Source: an uncultured cyanobacterium (GTDB lineage Bacteria; Cyanobacteriota; Cyanobacteriia; Cyanobacteriales; Cyanobacteriaceae). Taken from it: DNA of 64,000 nucleotides. The DNA lies in the NCBI GenBank assembly GCA_963749915.1, contig CAVVOP010000008.1, positions 768,001 through 832,000 of the forward strand, read 5' to 3'. Positions 10,660 to 21,403 of the stretch are shown piece after piece. Position 1 is the stretch's first letter, and the number at the start of each line of letters is the position of its first letter. Made by a program: the position numbers and the translations under genes. A model generated the notes under the pieces. The model was not told where the DNA came from, ran no database searches, and worked only from the letters and a program-made list of their open reading frames with translations.

Positions 10660-12108
10660 ATGACCAGTGCCTATGTTTTGATTTTGGCAATGTTGATATT
10701 GGGAGGCTTAATTGCGGCATTAGGGGATCGCATTGGCACAAAAGTGGGTAAAGCTAGACTGAGACTGTTTCAACTGCGCCCGAAACAAACCGCCATAGTA
10801 ATTACTATTGGTACAGGAATATTAATTTCTGCCTCCACATTATTAATTTTATTTAGTTTAAGTGAATCTTTAAGACAGGGTATTTTTCAGTTAGATGAAA
10901 TCCTAAAAAAACGGAGAGAAATTACTGTTCAATTAGAAAAAGTTGAGCTAGAAAAAGAAAAAGTTGAAACTGAATTACAAGAAGCAAAAAAAAGACAAAA
11001 TTCCGTGAGACAATTGTTGAGTGTTACAGGAAAAGAATTAAAAAATACTCAAAATCAACTGAAAATTATTTCTACTCAAACCGAGACATTGAAAGAAGAA
11101 GTAAAGAAAATTTTTAGTGACAAAACAAAATTGCTAGCGGAAAAAAAAGAAATGGAAGAACAGAGTCAAAGGCTAGAAAAATCCATCATAGAAAGAGATC
11201 GAGATTTGCAGAATAAACAAGTACAAATAGAAGAACAGGAAAATATTTTACAACAACAAAAACAAAGTTTAACCCAATTACAAAATCGACAGAATCAATT
11301 ACAATCAGATATTAAATCCAGAGATCAGCAAATTTCCAAACTAGATAAAAATATCTTGGCCAAAGATCAAATTTTAAAAAATAAAGAGGATGAGTTATTA
11401 TCCTTAGAAAAGGAATTAGGATTTTATCGTCGAGAAGTAGAAATCTTGGAACAATATTATCAAACTTATCAAGATTTAAGAGAAAGACCTATTGCCCTTG
11501 TCAAAGGACAAGTATTGACCGTAACTCTAGTTAAAATAGAGGGAAATACTAATTTAGAAGAATTAATAGATGGAGTGTTAAACGAAGCTAATCGGGGAGT
11601 AATGTTGACTTTAGGTTACGGAAATCAGTTTAGAAATCAACGATTTGTGCAAATAACCAAAGGACAAGTAGAACAAATGAAAGAACAATTATCTCAAAAT
11701 GGAGAATATTTAGTGAGAATCTTGTCCGCAGGAAATTATGTCCAAGGGGAGGAAAACGTGAGAATTTTTGCAGATGTTACTCCTAATCAAAAAGTTTACG
11801 CTAAAAATGAACAAATCGCCTCTATTACTTTCGAGGCCAGCGATTTAAAGAGTACAGAGTTACAAGAAAAACTCGATTTTTTAATTTCTGTCAGTCAATT
11901 TCGTGCCAGGAGAGAAGGAATATTAGGTAAAATTCTTATCGGTGATGGTAAGATTGTCTCTCTAATTAACTTCATTCAACAGTTACAATTAGCGAATCAA
12001 TCCGTTGATGAAATTATATCTATAGCGGCGAATGAAACTTATACATCAGGACCATTACAAATTAATTTAGTGGTTATTTCTGACGGCGAAGAAATCTTCA
12101 GACTTTAA
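10660..12108 (+). CDS. DUF3084 family membrane-anchored coiled-coil protein
   Basis: GGLIAALGDRIGTKVGKARLRLFQLRPKQTA N-terminus followed by a long coiled coil. Confidence 0.85.
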   Translation: MTSAYVLILAMLILGGLIAALGDRIGTKVGKARLRLFQLRPKQTAIVITIGTGILISASTLLILFSLSESLRQGIFQLDEILKKRREITVQLEKVELEKEKVETELQEAKKRQNSVRQLLSVTGKELKNTQNQLKIISTQTETLKEEVKKIFSDKTKLLAEKKEMEEQSQRLEKSIIERDRDLQNKQVQIEEQENILQQQKQSLTQLQNRQNQLQSDIKSRDQQISKLDKNILAKDQILKNKEDELLSLEKELGFYRREVEILEQYYQTYQDLRERPIALVKGQVLTVTLVKIEGNTNLEELIDGVLNEANRGVMLTLGYGNQFRNQRFVQITKGQVEQMKEQLSQNGEYLVRILSAGNYVQGEENVRIFADVTPNQKVYAKNEQIASITFEASDLKSTELQEKLDFLISVSQFRARREGILGKILIGDGKIVSLINFIQQLQLANQSVDEIISIAANETYTSGPLQINLVVISDGEEIFRL

Positions 12109-12118
12109 GCATAAGCAG

Positions 12119-13792
12119 TTAACAATTAACATTGGCTTCAAATAAGGGACAATAACCATCGTTAGGTACTTTCAAACCATCTAAAGGGGAATTATGATTA
12201 TTACAGGATTGATCTTGATAATAAAAACAATTACCGCAAGATTCTGGATTTAATTGACGACGCAGTAAACTATTTTGTTGTAATAATTCTCGTTGAGATA
12301 ATCCCCTTAACACCAATTCGTCTCCTTGCCAACGTGTCTCCACTAAACCCGTATCGGCGAAATTTTGCCACCTTGGATCTCGGTTAATTTGTTCTGGTAA
12401 AGTAATGGTAATATAAGCACCTGTTTCGTTTAACTCCCCTTCATAGTTAGTTTGAAGGGTTACTTTCGGTTGCATAAATTTTGCACCAATGGGTAAGTCA
12501 ACCATCATTCCCACCCCAGGAGAGTGTAATTGATAACGATTTTGCAATTCTTCTAAGCAGGTTAAGTCAGCTAAATAATTCGGCGAACCATGGATAAATA
12601 TAATATGTTGTGGTCTTAAGTTATGTATGAGTTGGGTTGTGTTTCTACCGTCGCTATGTTCGGCTAAAAGATAATCTTCAAGGATGATTTTTTCTGGATC
12701 AATATTTGCTGTAAATTGTTTAAATGTCAAGTTCTGATTTATTTTTGACTGTTCAGGAATTAAAACTAACCATTTTTCCTGACTTTTACCGCAATATTCT
12801 TCTAAATGGCTTAATTCATCTGTTAAGACTATACTGGGGGCGGTTATTAATTCATCACGGGAAATACCTTTATTTACTCGTCGCATTCTCGGTTTTATCT
12901 TGTCATCCCAGAATAGTGGCTGATGTTTAGCAAAATTTCGGACATTGGCGGGAAAATAATCCATTAACTCTAAATATAAATCACAGGCCTTGGGCAAGTC
13001 TCCATCTACCCAAATATCTAAATTTGATCCTGTAAATTGATGATGCGATCGCAATAATTTTAATAATTCTTGACCTAAACCAAAAGTAGGCACTGGTAAA
13101 ATAACATTAACATTCTCCGTCAAAGCAGATTTAATTCTCTCCATCAGATGTTTTTCTTGTTGGCGGCGGTGAGGGTGTCGTGCTGTACCATAGCTACCTT
13201 CAATTATCAAGACATCTGGATTTAGACCTCGTAAACTATCAAGGGATAATCCTTCTACTAACTGTAAATTAGATAAACAGAAATCTCCGGTATAGAAAAT
13301 TTTATAAACTCGATTATTATAATAGTATTGGAATAAAAAAGAGGCGGCACCCGGTAAATGTCCTGATGGATATAATTCCACTGTCAAATCCGATTGCAAC
13401 TTAATGGGTGATTCCTGAGAATTAGTTGGCGATCGCCAAGGCAAAACTTGGGCAAAGGATAAAGAAGCAGTGTTTTTTTGATCTAACCAATTAAGAGGAA
13501 GTAACTTAGCGGTGACATCACTGGTATAAATGGGTAAATCAGGGAATCGTTGATGTAAAGACAGTAACCCACGAGCGTGATCTTCATGAGCATGACTACA
13601 GAAAACCCAATCTGCGGGAGGCCGATTATTCGGGCATAAAGAATCTATTTCCTCTAAACCGCAATCAAGTAAAATACGGTAATTACCAATGCTGAGTAAG
13701 ATAGCCACCCCTTCAGTATAATTACCAACACCAAAGGGATAACAAGAAAGAGGAATTTGCGGAGAGGAAAATATTTCTTGCCGCTTAATCAT
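12119..13792 (-). CDS. MBL-fold/beta-CASP ribonuclease-like protein with C-terminal 4-Cys domain
   Basis: LLDCG, SHAHEDH (HxHxDH), GHLPGAA, YTGDF, IEGSYG, EHSDG, FIHG. Confidence 0.85.
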   Translation of the reverse strand: MIKRQEIFSSPQIPLSCYPFGVGNYTEGVAILLSIGNYRILLDCGLEEIDSLCPNNRPPADWVFCSHAHEDHARGLLSLHQRFPDLPIYTSDVTAKLLPLNWLDQKNTASLSFAQVLPWRSPTNSQESPIKLQSDLTVELYPSGHLPGAASFLFQYYYNNRVYKIFYTGDFCLSNLQLVEGLSLDSLRGLNPDVLIIEGSYGTARHPHRRQQEKHLMERIKSALTENVNVILPVPTFGLGQELLKLLRSHHQFTGSNLDIWVDGDLPKACDLYLELMDYFPANVRNFAKHQPLFWDDKIKPRMRRVNKGISRDELITAPSIVLTDELSHLEEYCGKSQEKWLVLIPEQSKINQNLTFKQFTANIDPEKIILEDYLLAEHSDGRNTTQLIHNLRPQHIIFIHGSPNYLADLTCLEELQNRYQLHSPGVGMMVDLPIGAKFMQPKVTLQTNYEGELNETGAYITITLPEQINRDPRWQNFADTGLVETRWQGDELVLRGLSQRELLQQNSLLRRQLNPESCGNCFYYQDQSCNNHNSPLDGLKVPNDGYCPLFEANVNC

Positions 13793-13804
13793 AAATCATA
13801 AACT

Positions 13805-13927
13805 TTAATGTGCAGAACCATTTCCGTCATAGTCATCAGAATCATAGAAACCGTTTCTAGTACCGAAAAACAATGCCGAAACAATAAATAAACCCGTTAA
13901 GATAATCATTAACATTTTAACGTCCAT
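13805..13927 (-). CDS. ndhP: NDH-1L small subunit NdhP (40 aa)
   Basis: Manual translation MDVKMLMIILTGLFIVSALFFGTRNGFYDSDDYDGNGSAH*, with a single TM helix and the FFGTRNGFYD...GNGSAH signature. Not in the ORF track. Confidence 0.93.
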   Translation of the reverse strand: MDVKMLMIILTGLFIVSALFFGTRNGFYDSDDYDGNGSAH

Positions 13928-14034
13928 AGGGAATAATTTCTCCAGATTTTTAAGCTATTGATCTGTATTGTAGAACTTTAATAAATTTATCGGTTTATTT
14001 CCCAAAACCCTCGCAGTATTGGCTGGGATTATTA

Positions 14035-15633
14035 CTAAAATGCGATGGCACTTAATTTTAAATCAGGATGATCCCCTTGTAACTGATTAACATTCCACTC
14101 ATTACGAAATAGCAACACCGGGCGATGGAGGGCATCTTTTACCGTCATAGTATTAAATATACGCCCCACTTTTTCCAAAGCGTCCCAACCATCGACAACC
14201 CAACGTGCCACACTAAAGGGAATCGGTTCTAATCTCGTTTCCACATTATACTCACTTAACATCCGAAATTGTACCACTTCAAACTGTAATTGACCAACGG
14301 CGGCTAAAATGGGATCCCGAATAAACTCATCAGTGGAGTACATTATTTGCACTGCACCTTCTTCCTGCAGTTGTTGAATACCTTTCTGAAACTGTTTAAA
14401 TTGAGATGGGTTAGGGTTTTTTAAATAAGAAAATAATTCAGGAGAAAAGCAAGGGATTCCTTCATATTCTAATTTTTTGCCTAAGTAAATAGTGTCCCCA
14501 ATGGCAAAAACTCCTGGATTATTCAGGCCGATAACATCTCCCGGATAGGCTTCTTCTATAGATTCTCTACCTTGGGCGAATAATTTTTGAGGATGTGATA
14601 AGCGTACTGTTTTTCCTGTACGGGCATGATTTACCGCCATGTCTTTTTCAAATTTACCAGTGCAAACCCTCACAAATGCCACTCTATCACGGTGTTTAGG
14701 ATCCATATTTGCCTGCAATTTGAACACAAAACCTGTAAAATCGGGATAGGTTGGCTCTAATGCACCTAAAGTTGATTTTCTTGGTGTTGGTGGCAAAGCA
14801 TAATCTAAGAAGGATTGCAAGAATAAATTTACTCCAAAATTAGTCATGGCACTACCGAAAAATACAGGAGTCATTTTGCCAGCGTGGATGGCTTTTAAGT
14901 CAAATTCTGCTCCCACTTCATGGACCATTTCTAATTCTTCTAAGGTTTGCTCATATAATTGTGTATCTAAATATTTTTTTAGACTTTCATCACCCTTTGG
15001 AATGATTATTTCTGGTACTTCTTTGCTTCCATGTGCCATCCTTTCGAACAGGTGATAAGCCTTTTGACGGCGATCGAAAACTCCTTTAAAATAGTCACCA
15101 ATACCCACAGGATAGTTAACAGGATAGGTTTTTAAGCCCAATTCTTGCTCAATTTCGTCTAATAAATCTAAAGCATCTCTCCCCGGACGATCCATTTTAT
15201 TGATAAAAGTAAAGATGGGAAGCCCTCTTAATTTACATACTTCAAACAGTTTACGAGTTTGTGGTTCCAAACCTTTCGCCGCGTCAATTAACATGACCGC
15301 ATTATCCGCCGCCGCTAAAGTGCGATAGGTGTCTTCACTAAAATCTTGGTGTCCCGGAGTATCCAATAAATTAAGATGATGGTTATTATATTCAAACTGT
15401 AAGACCGTAGAAGTAATGGAGATACCTCGTTGTTTTTCCAACTCCATCCAGTCAGATGTAACTCGCCGTTGTTCACCTCTAGCCTTTACTGCCCCCGCCT
15501 GATGTATTGCACCTCCGTACAATAACAATTTTTCAGTTAGGGTTGTTTTTCCGGCGTCAGGATGAGAAATAATAGCAAAATTACGGCGTTTACTAACAGC
15601 TGAAACTAATTCTTGTTCGGTGGTTAAGGACAT
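14035..15633 (-). CDS. prfC: Peptide chain release factor 3
   Basis: [47 protein letters not shown]. Confidence 0.98.
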   Translation of the reverse strand: MSLTTEQELVSAVSKRRNFAIISHPDAGKTTLTEKLLLYGGAIHQAGAVKARGEQRRVTSDWMELEKQRGISITSTVLQFEYNNHHLNLLDTPGHQDFSEDTYRTLAAADNAVMLIDAAKGLEPQTRKLFEVCKLRGLPIFTFINKMDRPGRDALDLLDEIEQELGLKTYPVNYPVGIGDYFKGVFDRRQKAYHLFERMAHGSKEVPEIIIPKGDESLKKYLDTQLYEQTLEELEMVHEVGAEFDLKAIHAGKMTPVFFGSAMTNFGVNLFLQSFLDYALPPTPRKSTLGALEPTYPDFTGFVFKLQANMDPKHRDRVAFVRVCTGKFEKDMAVNHARTGKTVRLSHPQKLFAQGRESIEEAYPGDVIGLNNPGVFAIGDTIYLGKKLEYEGIPCFSPELFSYLKNPNPSQFKQFQKGIQQLQEEGAVQIMYSTDEFIRDPILAAVGQLQFEVVQFRMLSEYNVETRLEPIPFSVARWVVDGWDALEKVGRIFNTMTVKDALHRPVLLFRNEWNVNQLQGDHPDLKLSAIAF

Positions 15634-15790
15634 TTTTGATAATTAATAAATAATAGTTAAGACCGTGATCACAATAGTACTGTATGCCTGTTCAAAAGCA
15701 CGGTTCTAGGAGTGATGAGAATGACATTGGTGAGGGCTAATACCGAGCCCCTTGAGATTTAATTGTTAATTGTTCATTATCAATTGATTG

Positions 15791-16078
15791 CTAGTGATTG
15801 ACTTTCTCGACTCTTTCTAGTTGCCAGAGAATTTGATTTCCTTCTCGCCTTACCCTTGAAACAATCCAGTTACGCCATGACCATTCCTCACCCCTACTAG
15901 TCACTGCACTGGCATTAATATCCATTAAATCTGCTAATTCGGAGCTAGTGATTAAGTAACCGTTTTTAGAAATATCTTCTGCAATATGCAAAGTATCAAT
16001 CATATTGCTGAGCTGTTTAACTCTTTCATCACGATTGAGAGTTTGTTCTTCCATACTATTTGTATAAGATTCATTCAT
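15791..16078 (-). CDS. Conserved cyanobacterial hypothetical protein, possibly HTH-like
   Basis: ITSSELADLMDINASAVTSR helix-turn-helix-like segment and Trp-rich C-terminus. Confidence 0.65.
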   Translation of the reverse strand: MNESYTNSMEEQTLNRDERVKQLSNMIDTLHIAEDISKNGYLITSSELADLMDINASAVTSRGEEWSWRNWIVSRVRREGNQILWQLERVEKVNH

Positions 16079-16355
16079 AATTTTAAATTAGTAATATTCG
16101 TTACACTTTACTTTTTTTTTGCTTATATTTTAACATCTATAATAATAGATTTTACTAAAGAAATTACAATTTTATCTGCCAATCTTCTCTATATTCATCA
16201 ATTTTCGTAATTTAACGATCAAGTATATTTTTCTATAGTCAGCAAATGTGAGGTTTATTTAAGCACTTTTATTTTTGATAATTATGAGTTCATGATCAAA
16301 AAATTAGCCGGTGAGGAAAACCATGAATTTCCCGAACCATGTTATATTTAAAATT

Positions 16356-16374
16356 ATTGAGAATAATTCTTATT
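16356..16374 (+). promoter_or_regulatory. Fur-box-like palindrome
   Basis: ATTGAGAAT-A-ATTCTTATT, 7 of 9 positions symmetric, 30 nt upstream of a Fe(III) ABC ATPase gene. Confidence 0.6.
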
Positions 16375-16404
16375 TAAATTATTTTATAGTGTTTTTGTAT
16401 TGTC

Positions 16405-17463
16405 ATGACAGAATCAGCAATTCTTAAAGTAAAAGGAGTTAGTAAATTATTTGCTGGAAATCAAATTCCTGCGGTGAATCAAGTTTGTTTTGATTTACGA
16501 CAAGGGGAGTTATTAGGGTTATTAGGTCCTTCCGGATGCGGTAAAACGACCTTGTTAAGGATGATTGCTGGATTTGAAAAACCTTCTCAGGGGATTATTG
16601 AGTTAGAGGGAAGAATTGTGACGGGGGGTATAAACTGGGTAGAACCAGAAAAACGTCGTACGGGCATGGTATTTCAGGATTATGCTTTATTTCCTCATCT
16701 CAATGTGGCTGATAATATTGCTTTTGGCTTAAAAACAAAAAAACCCCACCCTAATCGTCAACAAATTAACCGTCGAGTTGCAGAAATTTTACAATTAGTC
16801 GGTTTAAGTGGCTTTGAAAAACGTTATCCCCATGAGTTATCTGGTGGACAACAACAAAGAATTGCTCTAGCTAGAGCGTTAGCACCTCAACCTGACTTAA
16901 TTTTATTAGATGAGCCTTTAAGTAATTTAGATGTACAAGTGAGGGAAAAACTCCGTCATCAAGTGCGCACAATATTAAAAAGTACCAACACCGCCGCTAT
17001 TTTTGTTACCCATGATCAAGAAGAAGCTATGGCCATCGCGGATAAAATAGGGGTAATGGAGAAAGGAAAATTAGCCCAAATAGGTACACCAGAAGATGTT
17101 TATACCAAACCTGATTGTAAATTTGTGGCAGAATTTGTTACTCAAGCAAATTTCTTACAAGCGACAAAACGAGGAGATTTATGGTGTACAGAATTGGGAG
17201 AATGGTGTGTTGATGCCCCCGTTAGTTTCCGTCAAGGGGAATTAATGTTCCGTCAAGAAGACGCGATACTGCTACCTGACGAGAATGGAACTACCGTGAT
17301 TGAGGAAAGAGAATTTTTAGGAAGAGAATATCGTTATTGTTTGCAAACTCATTCAGGCAAAATACTTCATGCTCGCACAGATGTAAAAACTCAGTTAGCC
17401 GTGGGCACTAAAGTTAAACTAGATATTATCCCGAAAACTGCACAAATTTTTCCTGCGGCTTAA
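16405..17463 (+). CDS. futC: Fe(III) ABC transporter ATP-binding protein (FutC/FbpC-like)
   Basis: [33 protein letters not shown]-terminal TOBE-like domain; upstream Fur-like box. Confidence 0.75.
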   Translation: MTESAILKVKGVSKLFAGNQIPAVNQVCFDLRQGELLGLLGPSGCGKTTLLRMIAGFEKPSQGIIELEGRIVTGGINWVEPEKRRTGMVFQDYALFPHLNVADNIAFGLKTKKPHPNRQQINRRVAEILQLVGLSGFEKRYPHELSGGQQQRIALARALAPQPDLILLDEPLSNLDVQVREKLRHQVRTILKSTNTAAIFVTHDQEEAMAIADKIGVMEKGKLAQIGTPEDVYTKPDCKFVAEFVTQANFLQATKRGDLWCTELGEWCVDAPVSFRQGELMFRQEDAILLPDENGTTVIEEREFLGREYRYCLQTHSGKILHARTDVKTQLAVGTKVKLDIIPKTAQIFPAA

Positions 17464-17510
17464 TATAACGTGAGGAGAAAAATAAATTTCTCAGTTTATT
17501 TAAAATTTTG

Positions 17511-17540
17511 TTGGCATTTTTCAAAAAGATTAGCTAGAAT
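17511..17540 (+). promoter_or_regulatory. Sigma70-type promoter of the tRNA-Tyr/Thr operon
   Basis: TTGGCA-N18-TAGAAT, 20 nt upstream of tRNA-Tyr. Confidence 0.65.
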
Positions 17541-17560
17541 ATGACAATGTGAAAACTAAT

Positions 17561-17642
17561 GGGTCGATGCCCGAGTGGTTAATGGGGGCGGACTGTAAAT
17601 CCGCTGGCTACGCCTACGCTGGTTCAAATCCAGCTCGGCCCA
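17561..17642 (+). tRNA. trnY: tRNA-Tyr(GTA)
   Basis: GGGTCGA/TCGGCCC acceptor stem, CTGTAAA anticodon loop, long variable arm, GGTTCAAATCC T-arm; CCA not encoded. Confidence 0.97.
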
Positions 17643-17645
17643 TAT

Positions 17646-17717
17646 GCCTTTGTAGCTCAGTGGTAGAGCACACCCTTGGTAAGGGTGAGGTCACGAGTTC
17701 AATCCTCGTCAAAGGCT
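17646..17717 (+). tRNA. trnT: tRNA-Thr(GGT)
   Basis: GCCTTTG/CAAAGGC acceptor stem, TTGGTAA anticodon loop, GTTCAATC T-arm; only 3 nt after tRNA-Tyr. Confidence 0.97.
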
Positions 17718-17833
17718 TTTCAATTTATATCGGCAAAACGCTTTATCTATAACTGTTTTTAAGTCAATTTTTTGTGTTTTTAGATCATTGCGACTAATCA
17801 TAGTAAAACTTATTGATTAAATTAATTATGGTC

Positions 17834-18253
17834 TTAATGAGGATGTAAAATTACATTAGTTTTCATTTCCTCTAAACATTGTCCCAAGGTAAGTCCTTGA
17901 AAAATTTCCCACCATTTGCCAGTATGTCTCATATAGGCAATATTAAAACTATCTTTGCCCACGTATTCTAAGCGAGCAAATTTTGTTTCAAAGCTCGGTG
18001 AAATAGCCCTTGGACTGGGACAATTATAGGTAGAACAGAAGTAAAAATAGTTGCCATACCATTTACCAAAAATATCCACCAGATAGTTCCAATCATTGTC
18101 GGTTGAGGCTGGCTTAATATGTTTGGGTTTAAGTTCGGTTTCAATTAATTCATTACATTTCTCGGAAATTAATTGTTTTTCGCTTTCTGGAACTTTTGGT
18201 TTGGGCGGTTTAGGAGGACTGTAAACCCACATTTTTTTGTTTTTTCTAGCCAT
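17834..18253 (-). CDS. Hypothetical protein, DUF3024-like
   Basis: KFARLEYVG...IAYMRHTGKWWEI C-terminal motif; sits in an accessory position 3' of the tRNAs. Confidence 0.55.
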   Translation of the reverse strand: MARKNKKMWVYSPPKPPKPKVPESEKQLISEKCNELIETELKPKHIKPASTDNDWNYLVDIFGKWYGNYFYFCSTYNCPSPRAISPSFETKFARLEYVGKDSFNIAYMRHTGKWWEIFQGLTLGQCLEEMKTNVILHPH

Positions 18254-18287
18254 AGTAAATTTATAAATTTAATTAATTCTGCTGTTA

Positions 18288-18410
18288 TTATCTAATTCTA
18301 AATAAATTTAGATAACTTAACTCTTGCTTCTGTTGCGGTGAACCTAACTGAAAAGCCTTTTGAATGTTGTCATCAACTTCAATAATTATTTGTTGCCTAA
18401 TTTTAGTGGC
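18288..18410 (-). pseudogene. Fragment resembling a small antitoxin-like protein
   Basis: Translates to QQIIIEVDDNIQKAFQLGSPQQKQELSYLNLFRIR*; no good start codon. Confidence 0.35.
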
Positions 18411-18751
18411 ACAGTAACAGAAGAACAACTAGAAAAGTGGTTTATTGATGAGAGCAAAAAGATTAATTAGTGTCTATTTATCGAAGATTTTATCAACGAA
18501 TTGAACCAAGGTCTGAAAATATACCAACCAGAGATGGGGTTAAGTCGAATTCAGCTTAAAACAAATCTCTCCCTATTATGATTTCTTCAAAACAAAAATT
18601 AACATTAGGAATTGTTAGATCCTGAAAAAATCTTGCTAGATTGTTGATATCAGCTCATTATCTAGATATTGATGCAAACCAATAACAAACTCATTAACCA
18701 TAGACATCTACTAGATCACAAATCAGCATTCATAACGCAACTCACTTACAA

Positions 18752-20335
18752 ATGGATTTAACAAATTTTCCTTGGCTAACAACCATTATTCTCTTTCCCA
18801 TCATCGCCTCTTTATTCGTCTTCGTCATCCCTGATAAAGATGGTAAAACCGTTAGATGGTATGCCTTAATCGTAGGCTTAATCGATTTCGTCTTCATTAT
18901 TTATGCTTTTTGTCAAGGCTACGACTTCAACAACCCCGATTTACAATTAGTCGAAAGTTATACATGGGTTGCCGATATTGACTTAAAATGGTCAGTGGGT
19001 GCGGATGGTTTATCTATGCCTCTGATTCTACTAACAGGCTTCATCACTACTTTAGCTATCATGGCAGCCTGGCCTGTTAGTTTCAAGCCTAAATTATTCT
19101 ATTTTCTCATGTTGGCAATGTACGGCGGACAAATTGCTGTTTTTGCTGTGCAAGATATGCTACTTTTTTTCTTGGTGTGGGAATTGGAATTAGTGCCCGT
19201 TTATCTGATCCTCTCTATTTGGGGCGGTAAACGGCGATTATATGCGGCTACCAAATTTATCATTTACACCGCTGGAGGTTCATTATTCATTCTTGTAGCA
19301 GGGTTAACCATGGCTTTTTATGGGGATACTGTCACCTTTGATATGACTGCCATCGCCCACAAGGATATAGGATTCAATCTTCAGTTATTATTATATGGTG
19401 GCCTATTAATCGCTTATGGTGTGAAACTGCCTATCTTTCCCCTGCATACATGGCTACCAGATGCCCACGGAGAGGCTACAGCTCCAGCCCATATGTTACT
19501 AGCCGGGATTCTTCTAAAAATGGGTGGTTATGCCTTAATTCGTATGAATGCAGGAATGTTACCAGATGCCCACGCTTCTTTTGCACCAATTTTAATTATA
19601 TTAGGGGTGGTAAATATCATTTATGCCGCTTTCACCTCCTTTGCACAAAGGAACTTGAAGCGGAAAATTGCCTATTCCTCCATCTCTCACATGGGATTTG
19701 TGTTAATTGGCATTGCCTCTTTTACTGATATTGGTATGAGTGGGGCAATGTTACAGATGATTTCTCACGGCTTAATCGGTGCAAGTTTATTCTTCATGGT
19801 AGGTGCTACATACGATCGCACTCATACTCTCATGTTAGACGAAATGGGCGGAGTTGGGCAAAAAATGAAAAAAATCTTTGCCATGTGGACAACTTGCTCG
19901 ATGGCATCCCTTGCCTTGCCCGGAATGAGCGGATTCGTGGCAGAATTGATGGTATTTATCGGCTTTGCCACCAGTGATGCTTATAGTTTTACTTTTAAGC
20001 TGATCATGGTATCTCTTGCCGCCGTTGGTGTCATCTTAACCCCCATTTACCTATTATCCATGTTAAGGGAAATGCTATACGGTGAAGAAAACAAAGAACT
20101 AGTCTCTCATACTAATTTAATCGATGCCGAACCTAGAGAGGTATTTATTATCGCTTGTCTTCTCATCCCCATTATTGGTGTTGGCTTATATCCAAAAATT
20201 GTCACCCAAATTTATGATTCTAGTACCCAAAAACTCACCGCTTTGTTGCGTAATTCCGTGCCTAGTTTACAAGTTAAAACCATAGCGGGAAATAACCCTC
20301 AATTTGTGGCTTTGAACGCACCAAAAATTGACTAA
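18752..20335 (+). CDS. ndhD1: NAD(P)H-quinone oxidoreductase subunit 4 (NdhD1)
   Basis: [49 protein letters not shown]. Confidence 0.93.
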   Translation: MDLTNFPWLTTIILFPIIASLFVFVIPDKDGKTVRWYALIVGLIDFVFIIYAFCQGYDFNNPDLQLVESYTWVADIDLKWSVGADGLSMPLILLTGFITTLAIMAAWPVSFKPKLFYFLMLAMYGGQIAVFAVQDMLLFFLVWELELVPVYLILSIWGGKRRLYAATKFIIYTAGGSLFILVAGLTMAFYGDTVTFDMTAIAHKDIGFNLQLLLYGGLLIAYGVKLPIFPLHTWLPDAHGEATAPAHMLLAGILLKMGGYALIRMNAGMLPDAHASFAPILIILGVVNIIYAAFTSFAQRNLKRKIAYSSISHMGFVLIGIASFTDIGMSGAMLQMISHGLIGASLFFMVGATYDRTHTLMLDEMGGVGQKMKKIFAMWTTCSMASLALPGMSGFVAELMVFIGFATSDAYSFTFKLIMVSLAAVGVILTPIYLLSMLREMLYGEENKELVSHTNLIDAEPREVFIIACLLIPIIGVGLYPKIVTQIYDSSTQKLTALLRNSVPSLQVKTIAGNNPQFVALNAPKID

Positions 20336-20350
20336 TAACGACACTTTAAA

Positions 20351-20399
20351 TCCCCAATCTTCGCCTTTCGTATTTTACAAAAGCGATTGGGGACTTTTT
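20351..20399 (+). terminator. Putative intrinsic terminator of ndhD1
   Basis: TCCCCAATC...GATTGGGGA stem followed by a T run. Confidence 0.6.
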
Positions 20400-20671
20400 G
20401 TCAAAATATAATTAAAGGGATATTCACGGAGTACAACTTATAATCAAGCTATTTAAAAAGAAACAAAAAGACTATTAGGCATTAATTATGAACAACTACA
20501 AGAACTGTAAGATTAAGAGTAAAAAGCTTAATAGTTAAAAGCTTTACTATTCCTCGATTATAAATTTTAGGAGAGGTCTATTGGAGATTTACATCTTTTT
20601 TCATCGAACTCACGGTAATTTTATGTTATCTTTTATTCTCACACTGAGTGATTTTCATAAAACTACTAATA

Positions 20672-21211
20672 ATGATGAAATTATTTAACAATTATCACTA
20701 TGGTTGGATTTTAGCCTTGAGCTTTATTACTATCAGTTGTACGGCTACTCCTTCTTCTGTATCAGGTAACGACGAAAATATTTTAGAAAGTATTCCCGTT
20801 GAAAAAAATTCTCTAGGACAGAATCTGCCCATCGGTGCGAAGTTATTGTTCAAGGATCAAATAATAGAGTTGGAAATTGCTAAAACACCTCAACAGCAAC
20901 AGATTGGTTTAATGTATCGTGATTTTTTATCTCCTAATCGTGGGATGTTGTTTCCCTTTAATCCCCCCCAAACGGTGAGTTTTTGGATGAAAAATGTCTC
21001 TATTCCCCTCGATATCATTTTTGTCTCCGAAGGAATTGTTAAACAGATCGCTAAAAATGCCCTTCCCTGTAAGGTTGAATATTGTCCTCTTTATAATTCA
21101 AATGTTTTTATAGATCAAGTTATAGAGTTGGCGGGTAATAGAACTGAAGAACTAAATATTCAGATTGGCGATCGCATCAATATCGAAATGTTAGAGGAAA
21201 AAGAAAAATAA
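20672..21211 (+). CDS. DUF192 family lipoprotein
   Basis: GLMYR...RGMLFPF...FWMKNVSIPLDIIF...VIEL; lipobox-like ISC. ATG at 20672 preferred over GTG at 20648. Confidence 0.88.
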   Translation: MMKLFNNYHYGWILALSFITISCTATPSSVSGNDENILESIPVEKNSLGQNLPIGAKLLFKDQIIELEIAKTPQQQQIGLMYRDFLSPNRGMLFPFNPPQTVSFWMKNVSIPLDIIFVSEGIVKQIAKNALPCKVEYCPLYNSNVFIDQVIELAGNRTEELNIQIGDRINIEMLEEKEK

Positions 21212-21222
21212 GTGAAAAAAGG

Positions 21223-21252
21223 TTGGCAAAAATTAACTTCATGGTGTAGAAT
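21223..21252 (+). promoter_or_regulatory. Sigma70-type promoter
   Basis: TTGGCA-N18-TAGAAT, the same hexamers and spacing as the tRNA promoter at 17511. Confidence 0.5.
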
Positions 21253-21403
21253 GAACTACTTAATAACTGTTACTATCGGCTAGTTACGATTGTTGCCACA
21301 ACCTATTTAGGGTTTGCCGAGGAAATAAATATTGGCGTGAGGATGGGGAATAGGGAATAGGCAATGGCTAATAATAGGTAAGGCTCATAACCTTCTTAAG
21401 GGT

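Noticed and set aside
17549..17752. 67-aa ORF in the track
   Set aside because: It overlaps tRNA-Tyr and tRNA-Thr entirely and is a spurious translation.
20565..20580. Lone TIR-like sequence (..GGAGAGGTCTA), and similar lone ACCTGAGTT-like ends near 6753, 29176 and 51022
   Set aside because: No partner end or target duplication was found, and they are too short to call as elements.
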